From a virus (lineage: Duplodnaviria > Caudoviricetes), in the IMG/VR virus record IMGVR_UViG_3300049995_000009, positions 1 through 57,174 of that record: 57,174 nt of DNA; one strand, given 5' to 3'. Below, in pieces: positions 44,844 through 53,547 of this stretch; the first letter of the stretch is position 1; every line of letters starts with the position of its first letter. Position numbers and translations under genes: made by a program. The notes beneath the pieces were generated by a model. That model was given only the letters and a program-made list of their open reading frames with translations, was not told the origin of the DNA and ran no database searches.

Positions 44844-45408
44844 GCACAGGATGGACTATCAGGTGATTATGAGTCACGTCATCAAAGACCATCCTTTCGT
44901 TCTTTATAAGGGCGACCCGCACGCGCCGCTCGGCGGCTGGGCGAAGATCGCGCTAATACGTGACGCCTTCACAGAGGGTTATCCCTACGTGGTCTGGATT
45001 GATGCCGACGCGCTGATTTGGGATTTGAAAGTGGATTTGCGTGACGTGTACAAAGAAATGGGTGAGGCGTGTGTCGGGGCGTGCCAGCATCCCGGCCCGC
45101 CCATACATTTGAACGTCGGCGTGGAATACTGGCGCAATACAGACCGCGCCAAAGAATTTGTCGCGGCATGGATTGCGGAAAAAGACGTGCCACACGATGG
45201 ATGGCTTGAACAGGGCGTATTCAACAGAATGAGTACCGACCTGAAATGGGCAGGTATCGTGACTCGCGTCAGCGACAAATGGAATGCGACGAAAATGGCG
45301 GGAACTGATGTTCCCGATGCAGTTATCAAAGGCTATCACGGCCCGGGTAACTATACGCCTTTGATGCGCTTTCAAGCGATGCAAGCTGACTTGGCGAGGG
45401 TAGTATAA
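44719..45408 (+). CDS. GT-A glycosyltransferase (GT34-like)
   Basis: WAKI, WIDAD, LNVGV and WLEQ. Confidence 0.75.
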   Translation: MESDRIGIMENDLMIIQQVYCRSDFANLLKLSMSRHMDYALKHRMDYQVIMSHVIKDHPFVLYKGDPHAPLGGWAKIALIRDAFTEGYPYVVWIDADALIWDLKVDLRDVYKEMGEACVGACQHPGPPIHLNVGVEYWRNTDRAKEFVAAWIAEKDVPHDGWLEQGVFNRMSTDLKWAGIVTRVSDKWNATKMAGTDVPDAVIKGYHGPGNYTPLMRFQAMQADLARVV

Positions 45409-45424
45409 GACCGGAGGCATAAAT

Positions 45425-45694
45425 ATGGCGGCAGTGTGGACGGCAAAAATTATTAACGTGAAGCAGGACGGTGATCGCGGCATTGTCGGGGCGGAGATTA
45501 CCAAAACGCCCGACCTGCCAAAGCGGCCTAGAACATGGCCGTATCGAATCGAGTATCTTAACGTTGCAGATATGACGCTGGCAAAAGTGAAACATGATGT
45601 CACAAAATATGCCAAGACACTTTCAGTGAAAGGTTCCGCGCTCGAACAGCTTGAAAATCAAGTGAATCAACCCTTTACACTGGACATGAGTTGA
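45425..45694 (+). CDS. Hypothetical protein
   Basis: GGAGG RBS. Confidence 0.55.
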   Translation: MAAVWTAKIINVKQDGDRGIVGAEITKTPDLPKRPRTWPYRIEYLNVADMTLAKVKHDVTKYAKTLSVKGSALEQLENQVNQPFTLDMS

Positions 45695-45698
45695 AACT

Positions 45699-48600
45699 AT
45701 GGCCGCAGTAGCAACCGCAGGAACTGGAGTATGGTCATCTACCACGCCGAATGCGCCGTGGCCCGGCGGAACCGTGCCCGCGATCACGGACACGATCACA
45801 ATCAATCATGCCGTCACCATTGACCAGAATGTAACGGCTGGCTCTGACCCTGGTTTTGGGGGGACGGCTGCGATTGCGATAGGCGCTGTGGGCACACTGC
45901 AATTTGACACAACGGCCTCGCGTACCCTTACACTCAAGGGCGATTTGACGATGGCGTCGGGGGCAAGTCTGCTAATCGGCGCGGCTGGCGCGGGTAGAGT
46001 TCCGTTAGGTACAGTTATTACTATCAAATTCAACTACTCTGCGGCAATGGCAAGCGGAAAATACGGGTTACGAGTCGCCTATTCTACAACGTCTGTTTTC
46101 AAAGCCTATGGACTTGTCAAGACCAACAACACCTATTTGACGCAGCAGGATAGTAGCGGACAGGCACACATCCACGTCAATGACGCGACGGGATGGGCTA
46201 ATGGTGACATCATCGAGATTGCGGCAATCAACGCTGCCGGGGGTGCATCAGCCAACTCAGAAGAGAAGATTATTCAGTCCATCAGTGGAACAGATATTAC
46301 ACTGACAGGCAATCTGTCAGTAACCCATCCGGCTAACAGTTACATTATAAATACGACGAAGAACATTGTATTGCGTAGTTATAACACAACAAACTGTTGG
46401 TTTGCCGATACGCGATTTGGAACATCAACCAACCACGTGTTGGATAATGTGGAGTTGGACACTTTAGGTTCACCTTCGACGGCGATTGGAAGCGTGGTGG
46501 GATATTCGATCAATGGATTTACGTCAGGAGAACCCGCCACGGGAGACCTTGAGCAATGCACTTTTTATAAGATTGCCGCAGCATCAGGAAATTATCTTGC
46601 TTCTGTGATTGGCCCCTACAGTACCGGACTCACTTTTAACAATTGTTCTTTCTTCAACGGTTTTGACAATGGGGGCTGTGTATATATTAGGCTGGGTTCA
46701 GTCGGTCCCGTATTGTCAAATTGTACATTTATGAAGTGCAATAGGGCTATCACAATTGATGGCTCTCCTGGAATTATCGGAGGAACACTGTCAAGTTGTA
46801 AATTCAATGGATGTATAACCTGCCTGGATTTGTATTCTGTCGCTGGTCTAATCTGCTCAAGTAATAGTTTTTCGGGAAATACAAAGGTGTATGTACTGGG
46901 GAGCGGGTTGCAAATTGACCTAGAAGAGACTTCCATGTCCTGCGGAATAATCAATGCGAATACGAGCGTCTTTGCGCCTGTACTAAATGTATTTGTCAAA
47001 TACAACTCTTTTAATCCGGAATTTGGGGCAAGTGAAACGCTGTTGTCTACTCCTCAAAGCAATATTTCAAACCTTTCGTACATCCAATTGAACAATGCTA
47101 CAGAGGGAATCACGGGTAACGTTTTCACCAAATATATCAACACGGGCAGTTGGTACAAGGACATCGCAGTCTACAAGAATAGTCCGTCATCCATTCGGCT
47201 GGATACGGTTTACGCGGGCGCGTCGGCCTACTCGTTCCAATTCCTAGCACAGACCGGAGTGACCTACACCATCAAAGTCAACCTGCGCTACAACGGAACC
47301 TATGATGACGCTGCGTACACTCTGCCTTCTGTGACAATCAGCGGCTTGGGGATTACGTCCGTTGTGGCAACTGCAACCACAGCCGCATTGAACGCCTGGG
47401 AAGCGTTCTCGTTGAATGTCGTCCAGAGTAGCGGCGCGGATGGCTTGCTGACCGTGGCCTTCTCTGGACAGTCAGCAACGGCGACGGGCAGCGCCTATTT
47501 TGATGGGCTGGTGTGTCCGCCTTTCATTACTGTGGCTCGGTTCTATGGCTATAACTTTGACGAGACAATTCCAACCCGCACGGTCAATCCCTGGGTGGAT
47601 GTCAGCGAAGCAACGGCACTAGCCTATACAGGCATTGCGATAAATTGGACTCTCAAAACTCTCGCCATCACCGAAGCGCATACCCTGCATGAGATTTACG
47701 ATTATAGCCAGGCGCAACTTTCGGCGGCGGCGAATCTGACGAAAGAAATATTCTTGACGACGGCAGATGGGATCAATTATATTCTGGTGTCGAATTGGGA
47801 CATCACGATTACAAATGTCATCGTGACGGCAACCGATCAAGCCTTATTCTGTACAGGTTCGGGCACCTATTCAGTCACCGGGGCATCGGGAGACTTTACG
47901 GGAATCTTAGGCGATGCCATTAGCACCAGGGTCAAGATAGCCATTACGGATATTGTAGACGGTTCCAGAATTCAGCTTTATGACATGACTAGCGCGGCTG
48001 AACTTGTCAACGAGATTGTATCAGGCACTGATTTCTCTATAGCTTTCATCTATGCTGTAGATCACACCATTAGATTGCGCCTGACCTATGTGGACGGGGC
48101 GACAACTGCCTATTATTGGCATACCCAAACAGGTACAGTCACGGCCACGGGTCTTACTTTTGTCGCAGTCCAGGTACAAAATACCATTTACGAGGAAGTC
48201 AATATTGACGGTTCTCTGGTGACTGAGTGCTCGATATCAGGCACAACCATCAGAATATTCATTGACGATCCCGATAATACGACGACGGCCCAGAGAATCT
48301 ATAACTGGTATCAATACTATTTGTTCACAGAGGACGGAATCAGGGAACAGGACGGGGCATACATCACCGCAACGGATAGCACGCATTACATTTTTGACGA
48401 TACCATGAAAATAGAGAATCAGGATGTGGTCAATCCTTTGAACATTACGGGGGCAAATATAACTCCCGAAACAGGGGCGGCGACAAATATTTTCGACTTG
48501 TCTAATGGGGCTTCCATTTGCCTGAATTTCAATCGAGTCGAAGGATTCTCTTATGCTTCCGGGTTATCAACGGCAGAACACAATGCGCTTATGGCCGTCC

Positions 48601-48836
48601 CCGCCGCAACCGAAAATGCGGACACGCTACTGGATAGGCCGAATGCAATCGAGACAGGATTGACGTTGCGACAGGCACACATGCTAGAGGCCGCCGCCGC
48701 CGCGGCTACCTTATCAGGCGCACAGACCAGTACAGTTGTAATCAAAAATGCCGTTGCGAATAGCAAACCGCGCATCACGGCGACGGTGGACGCATATGGC
48801 AACAGAGCGGCGGTTGTGACCGATGTTTCCCCGTAG
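45699..48836 (+). CDS. Large fibre/spike protein (G8-like N-terminus, beta-helix)
   Basis: G.WS...WPGG.VP..D.ITI.H; Asn/Cys-ladder repeats; C-terminal RITATVD..GNR. Confidence 0.7.
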   Translation: MAAVATAGTGVWSSTTPNAPWPGGTVPAITDTITINHAVTIDQNVTAGSDPGFGGTAAIAIGAVGTLQFDTTASRTLTLKGDLTMASGASLLIGAAGAGRVPLGTVITIKFNYSAAMASGKYGLRVAYSTTSVFKAYGLVKTNNTYLTQQDSSGQAHIHVNDATGWANGDIIEIAAINAAGGASANSEEKIIQSISGTDITLTGNLSVTHPANSYIINTTKNIVLRSYNTTNCWFADTRFGTSTNHVLDNVELDTLGSPSTAIGSVVGYSINGFTSGEPATGDLEQCTFYKIAAASGNYLASVIGPYSTGLTFNNCSFFNGFDNGGCVYIRLGSVGPVLSNCTFMKCNRAITIDGSPGIIGGTLSSCKFNGCITCLDLYSVAGLICSSNSFSGNTKVYVLGSGLQIDLEETSMSCGIINANTSVFAPVLNVFVKYNSFNPEFGASETLLSTPQSNISNLSYIQLNNATEGITGNVFTKYINTGSWYKDIAVYKNSPSSIRLDTVYAGASAYSFQFLAQTGVTYTIKVNLRYNGTYDDAAYTLPSVTISGLGITSVVATATTAALNAWEAFSLNVVQSSGADGLLTVAFSGQSATATGSAYFDGLVCPPFITVARFYGYNFDETIPTRTVNPWVDVSEATALAYTGIAINWTLKTLAITEAHTLHEIYDYSQAQLSAAANLTKEIFLTTADGINYILVSNWDITITNVIVTATDQALFCTGSGTYSVTGASGDFTGILGDAISTRVKIAITDIVDGSRIQLYDMTSAAELVNEIVSGTDFSIAFIYAVDHTIRLRLTYVDGATTAYYWHTQTGTVTATGLTFVAVQVQNTIYEEVNIDGSLVTECSISGTTIRIFIDDPDNTTTAQRIYNWYQYYLFTEDGIREQDGAYITATDSTHYIFDDTMKIENQDVVNPLNITGANITPETGAATNIFDLSNGASICLNFNRVEGFSYASGLSTAEHNALMAVPAATENADTLLDRPNAIETGLTLRQAHMLEAAAAAATLSGAQTSTVVIKNAVANSKPRITATVDAYGNRAAVVTDVSP

Positions 48837-49176
48837 ATATTTTACGGGCAGATATTTCGCGCCGCGCTATTGGCCCGGAATACAGTTAGGAGAACTTGGG
48901 CCGGGAACGCGAATTGTCTACAAGGCGGCTACAAGGCCAATAGATGAGCCGACAACACGCGCAGATTACGAGCCGACAGAACGGGTATCTATGATGGCCT
49001 TGTCGCATGGAGACATCAAGCCAGTTGATAGAATGAATAATGAGCCAGTTGCGCATACACAAAATGAAACAGTAGAGCGGGTAATTATCAATCCTTCGGC
49101 GCGTACAGGATACAAGGTGTCGCGCCGTATAACCGTCAAGTCATCGCCCCGGACTAGAAATAAGCCGGGCGATTAG
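48823..49176 (+). CDS. Fibre-associated protein (MFP.RYF..RYF..RYWP)
   Basis: Aromatic N-terminal repeat; overlaps the fibre gene end. Confidence 0.55.
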   Translation: MFPRRYFTGRYFAPRYWPGIQLGELGPGTRIVYKAATRPIDEPTTRADYEPTERVSMMALSHGDIKPVDRMNNEPVAHTQNETVERVIINPSARTGYKVSRRITVKSSPRTRNKPGD

Positions 49177-49183
49177 GGGCAAT

Positions 49184-50110
49184 ATGGCAACTTATCTGAG
49201 CGACGGACAGCAAACGCTATCGGAAATACGCAAGCATGTTTTCGATTATACCGACGATCTCCTGACGGGTATTACGGTCGGGACTGCTGCCTGCACCTAT
49301 ATGCAGCCAAATGGAACGGTCGGCACGGCAACAGTATCTATCACGTCGCCTTATGTGTATGCGACGATGGGGACATTATCTATCACAGGATTGTATATAT
49401 TATCATGTCTCGCAACTTTTAGTAATAGCGAGACATCCGAGATTCGCGTCACCGTCAATGTTCTGCCCGCCGTTACCGCCATTGAATCACGCGCCGGATT
49501 ATCTGATCTGCGCGACGCATTGCGCGTGATAACCGACGTCACCGAATCAGATTGGTCAATTGGACAACAAAACTTTTGGGACGACCTGCAACTCGACAAA
49601 GTTCTGGACAGGCACTATGTCGAGGCCGATCACGAATTGCTTACATCGGAACAGCACTACGACACAACGCCTGGCTCTGTTTCGACACATGATTACTATA
49701 GCCAACTTGGAAACTTTGAAACCGTCGCCAGTGGCACGTCTTATTTTATCGTGCAAGATGCGACAGGCTTAGTTCATGGCACGAGCGAATGGGATGCAGA
49801 TTATGCGCTAGGGCAAATCTCGTTTACCGCCAATACGCTCGGCAGCGCCATGTATCTGACTGCTTATGCCTATGATCTGAACGCATCGGCGGCTGACATC
49901 TGGCAACGCAAGGCAAGCCATTATGCCACGGCGTTTGATTTCAGCACAGACAACCACAACCTGCGCCGATCACAAATCTATGACCATTGTCTGAAAATGG
50001 CGGACTATTACGGGGCGCTCGCAGGCGACACAAATTCCGGCGCGGGCGGGATGTCTAGTATCAGCATGACGCGTAGTGATTGCACGACGGAGAATGACAG
50101 TGCTGAATAG
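49184..50110 (+). CDS. Head-tail adaptor with an extra N-terminal Ig-like domain
   Basis: YDLNASAADIWQRKA...FDFSTD...RSQ; position. Confidence 0.7.
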   Translation: MATYLSDGQQTLSEIRKHVFDYTDDLLTGITVGTAACTYMQPNGTVGTATVSITSPYVYATMGTLSITGLYILSCLATFSNSETSEIRVTVNVLPAVTAIESRAGLSDLRDALRVITDVTESDWSIGQQNFWDDLQLDKVLDRHYVEADHELLTSEQHYDTTPGSVSTHDYYSQLGNFETVASGTSYFIVQDATGLVHGTSEWDADYALGQISFTANTLGSAMYLTAYAYDLNASAADIWQRKASHYATAFDFSTDNHNLRRSQIYDHCLKMADYYGALAGDTNSGAGGMSSISMTRSDCTTENDSAE

Positions 50111-50456
50111 TCGTGAACTGGCCGCGATGCGCGATGCGGTAGAGAACTTGATGCCTGACACCTGCAATCTGTTGACGCTGACAACGGCATCAGACGGGCA
50201 GGGGGGTGTGACGCAGACCTGGGGCACGACCTATGCGGCTGTAAGGTGCCGGCTGGATTACGTCAGCGGCTTGGAAACGACGCGGGCGGGCGCATTGAAT
50301 CCTTTCACGGGGTGGGTATTGACTGTGCCGCAATCGCAGACGATAACAGCGGCTTATCGTGTCGAGCATAGTAGCAACACGTACACGGTGCAATCTGTCA
50401 GCGAGGGCGGCTCGTGGTTGGCTTGCAAGCGGGCATGGTTACAAAGGATGATGTAA
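50094..50456 (+). CDS. Head closure/stopper protein
   Basis: MPDTC...SDGQGG....W...CRL. Confidence 0.75.
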   Translation: MTVLNSRELAAMRDAVENLMPDTCNLLTLTTASDGQGGVTQTWGTTYAAVRCRLDYVSGLETTRAGALNPFTGWVLTVPQSQTITAAYRVEHSSNTYTVQSVSEGGSWLACKRAWLQRMM

Positions 50457-50794
50457 TGGTAGTAGCAAAACTGGATACCAAAGAACTCGACAGGCTGATT
50501 GGCGAGCTTGAAACAAAGGCAGACGGTGTCATCCGTGCTACTGCTTTTCAGGTGCAAGGCGAAGCGGCAACGCGCGCTCCCTGGAAAACCGGGTATTTGT
50601 CAGACAGTATACACGTGGAACCGAAGGGCCGCCTTTTATATTGGGTGGCAGATGGTACAGAGTATGGAATATTTCAGGAACTAGGCCACCATGCAAGAAA
50701 TGGAAAATTTATTACTCCGCATCCCTTTATAGTTCCCGCTGTTGAAAGCGTTCGCGCGCAATTCAATCAAATGATTGCGGAGATTTTTAGATGA
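50456..50794 (+). CDS. HK97 gp10-like tail completion protein
   Basis: APWKTGYLSDSI, YGIFQELG and PFIVPA. Confidence 0.85.
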   Translation: MVVAKLDTKELDRLIGELETKADGVIRATAFQVQGEAATRAPWKTGYLSDSIHVEPKGRLLYWVADGTEYGIFQELGHHARNGKFITPHPFIVPAVESVRAQFNQMIAEIFR

Positions 50795-51210
50795 GCGCCT
50801 TCAATGCCCTGAACACGGCGATTTATAGCACGCTGTCAGGCGGCACGGCATTGACTGCCCTGCTTGCCGGGACGACTTCGGTTTACTACCTGCAAGCGCC
50901 GGACGCCGCAACGTTCGATTACGTGGTGTGGAACTGGCAGGCGGGACCAACCGATGACAACGAGACGGCCAAGCGGGCCGTCGGCGGACTTGCTTTCGTG
51001 CGCACGTATTCCGCTACCAGCGCAGCCAGAGCGGGCAGCATAGATGCTCAGATTGATGCGCTGCTGCACGGCAAGACATTGACAGTCAGTGGGTGGGCGA
51101 ATTTCTGGACGGCAAGAGAGGAATCACTATCGCTTGTAGAGACAGACGAAGCAGGCAGACAAACTTTCATGGCAGGCGCAACCTATCGAGTTAGATTGGG
51201 CAAGAGTTAA
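50791..51210 (+). CDS. Tail terminator (DUF3168-like)
   Basis: AIY..L......L.ALL....VY..QAP pattern; position. Confidence 0.75.
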   Translation: MSAFNALNTAIYSTLSGGTALTALLAGTTSVYYLQAPDAATFDYVVWNWQAGPTDDNETAKRAVGGLAFVRTYSATSAARAGSIDAQIDALLHGKTLTVSGWANFWTAREESLSLVETDEAGRQTFMAGATYRVRLGKS

Positions 51211-52637
51211 TGGAGTACCTGGGAACGTCCTGCGCCCTGACTTGGGATTCTGATGCGGGCAGCATTGATCTACTGAATGAGTTGCGCAAGACAACCATCA
51301 CGCCAACGCAACAGTTTGTAACTTGGTATGTGGGCAATAGTTCATTACAAAAAAAGGCGTTGACATTATCGAACCTGTCTGTCTCTGCCTCCATTCTGCT
51401 GCAAGACGACAGACCCGACATTGTGCCAGCGCTAGCGATCGGCGCGATGGGGACACTGACCGCCGTGCTGACGGCAGGAACGGCGGGCACAGTAGATCAA
51501 ACGACTATCATCATGCCCGCGATTGTGACGGGCGCGACTCAAAGCATTCCCTATGGCGGGGTAGTTGAACTTTCGGCGGCGTGGGAAAACCGAGGGGGCT
51601 GGATAGAGGTAGAGACACAAACTATGCCAAGCGTTTATGCTCCTTATGATGCACAGTATGTGACGATGGCGACTGACCCGATATTGAACAATGAGCGGGT
51701 GTTGCAGGCTGGCACCGGTCTCAGCAAGGCCGACGGCGGCGCGGGCGGCAATGTAACTCTGTCGCTGAAAAATACCGCCGTGACGCCTGGAAGCTATGGC
51801 GGTTCAACGCATGTCGGGACTTTCACGGTTGACCAACAAGGGCGACTGACAGCGGCGGGCAGTGTTGACATTTCAATGAATCTCTCCGCGGTATCAGGTA
51901 TTTTGCCTGTAGAAAATGGGGGAACAGGCCTAGATTCTGGTACAAGTGGAGGGATACTTTATTTTGCCGCTACTGACGATATAGAATCAAGTGATCTTCT
52001 GACTGAAAATGCTGTCCTGTTAGCGGGCGGAGACGGCCCACCTATGATTGTATCTGGACTTGGAGATGCAGGGCAGGTATTGACAAGCAATGGAGACAAC
52101 GATCCTCCGACTTGGCAGCCAATCGGCAAGGGTTTTGTACAACTTATTGGGTTGGGAAATATCTTTCTTACGGGTCCCGCAACGGAAAAAGCTGAATCTG
52201 GGGCAGGATTTTATGGTAGTTCTACACCGGGCGAAGTGATTGCTCCACTGCGTTTTGATGCTGGAACGATTGAATACTGGGATTTTTTGTCCGTGCTGAC
52301 TAATTATAACGGCGGGGGATTGACGTTCACCTTGCCGTGGTTGAGTGACGCAGGAACTAGCGGAGTATGCCGATGGGGATTAGCCGTGCGCCGAATGAAT
52401 CAGGGAGAGAATTTTGCAACGGCGCACACCTATGATTTCAACGACATGGACGGCACGGCCCAGGCTACGGCGGGAGCCATTTCAACCACAGCGGTAACGT
52501 TTACGGACGGGGCCGACATGGACAGTTGGGCAAGTGGTGAAATGGCGATTGTGCGTGTACGCCGAAATGCAACGCACGAGAATGACACCCTAGTTGGCGA
52601 TTCCGTGTTACTAGGATTCTTTGGAATCGAGACATAG
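51210..52637 (+). CDS. Tail-tube paralogue fused to a fibre-like region and a C-terminal globular domain
   Basis: The first ~130 aa align by eye with 52677..53087; then LNNERVL.AG.GL, VTPGSY...TVDQQGRLT and LPVENGGTG fibre motifs. Confidence 0.65.
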   Translation: MEYLGTSCALTWDSDAGSIDLLNELRKTTITPTQQFVTWYVGNSSLQKKALTLSNLSVSASILLQDDRPDIVPALAIGAMGTLTAVLTAGTAGTVDQTTIIMPAIVTGATQSIPYGGVVELSAAWENRGGWIEVETQTMPSVYAPYDAQYVTMATDPILNNERVLQAGTGLSKADGGAGGNVTLSLKNTAVTPGSYGGSTHVGTFTVDQQGRLTAAGSVDISMNLSAVSGILPVENGGTGLDSGTSGGILYFAATDDIESSDLLTENAVLLAGGDGPPMIVSGLGDAGQVLTSNGDNDPPTWQPIGKGFVQLIGLGNIFLTGPATEKAESGAGFYGSSTPGEVIAPLRFDAGTIEYWDFLSVLTNYNGGGLTFTLPWLSDAGTSGVCRWGLAVRRMNQGENFATAHTYDFNDMDGTAQATAGAISTTAVTFTDGADMDSWASGEMAIVRVRRNATHENDTLVGDSVLLGFFGIET

Positions 52638-52676
52638 TGTATCGAGCGCGAAAGCGCATAATGACAGGAGGCTAAA

Positions 52677-53087
52677 ATGGCCGAATACGCAGGAAGTGCG
52701 GCAACAATTACGTGGAACAGCACAGCGGGCAGCGTCACCATTTCGGGTGATTTCCGCAAGTTGACGATCGCGCCGAAAATGACCGTCATTGATAGCACGG
52801 CGGGTGCGGATACCGTGGCGCACAAAATCAAGGGCGTCTCAGACTGGACAGCCAGCGTTGATCTTCTGGCCCAGGATGCAGCGGGCACACCAAAGGGAAC
52901 GGCCTACACCGCCGCGCTAGGGCCTGGGGTTAGTGGCACGCTGATCATCATCCCGAATGGCACGAGCGCAGGCACAACGACTATGACGGCGTTCACTGGT
53001 GGCGCGACTTGGAATATTCCATACAACGGTGTCGTGGAATTGTCGTGTGTGTTTGAGGGCGACGGCGGCACATTCACGCAATCATAA
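52677..53087 (+). CDS. Major tail tube protein
   Basis: AGGAGG RBS; IPYNGVVELSCVF; upstream of the chaperone and tape measure. Confidence 0.8.
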   Translation: MAEYAGSAATITWNSTAGSVTISGDFRKLTIAPKMTVIDSTAGADTVAHKIKGVSDWTASVDLLAQDAAGTPKGTAYTAALGPGVSGTLIIIPNGTSAGTTTMTAFTGGATWNIPYNGVVELSCVFEGDGGTFTQS

Positions 53088-53107
53088 TACGATAACGGAG
53101 GGGTACT

Positions 53108-53547
53108 ATGACTGACTTTACGCTCAGTGATGGACGTGAAATCACGTTCGATCTGTCTCAAATCAGCATGGCAGAATATGCCGCGCTGTTTGATACCACG
53201 GCTCCGGCTGAAAAGGACACGGCTGTAATTGCGCGCGTCATGGGGCTGACACCAGAGGACTATTTGGCGATGCAAACAAGTTCGACCGTTTCCTTGAAAG
53301 AATGGAAACAGTTGCACCGCGCATTTTTCAAGAAATGCCGGGAGCCATTGGGTGATGACCCAAAATAGCAAAGGCGATCTATCTGGCATTGCGGTATCCG
53401 AAGACACATTCCATGCCATACTCATACTGGCGCTGGCACATGGTCGAGTTAACAGGCTGGACGCTTGAATACGTGGATAATCTATCACTGGCAGATTGGC
53501 ACGAATATTGGCAGCAGCGTGATGCTCGCATAAAAGCGGGAGTATAA
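53108..53547 (+). CDS. Tail assembly chaperone G (stop 53368) and GT via programmed -1 frameshift
   Basis: C CCA AAA slippery heptamer at 53359-53365 before TAG; the -1 frame reads IAKAIYL...TGWTLEYVDNL to TAA 53547, abutting the tape measure ATG. Confidence 0.8.
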
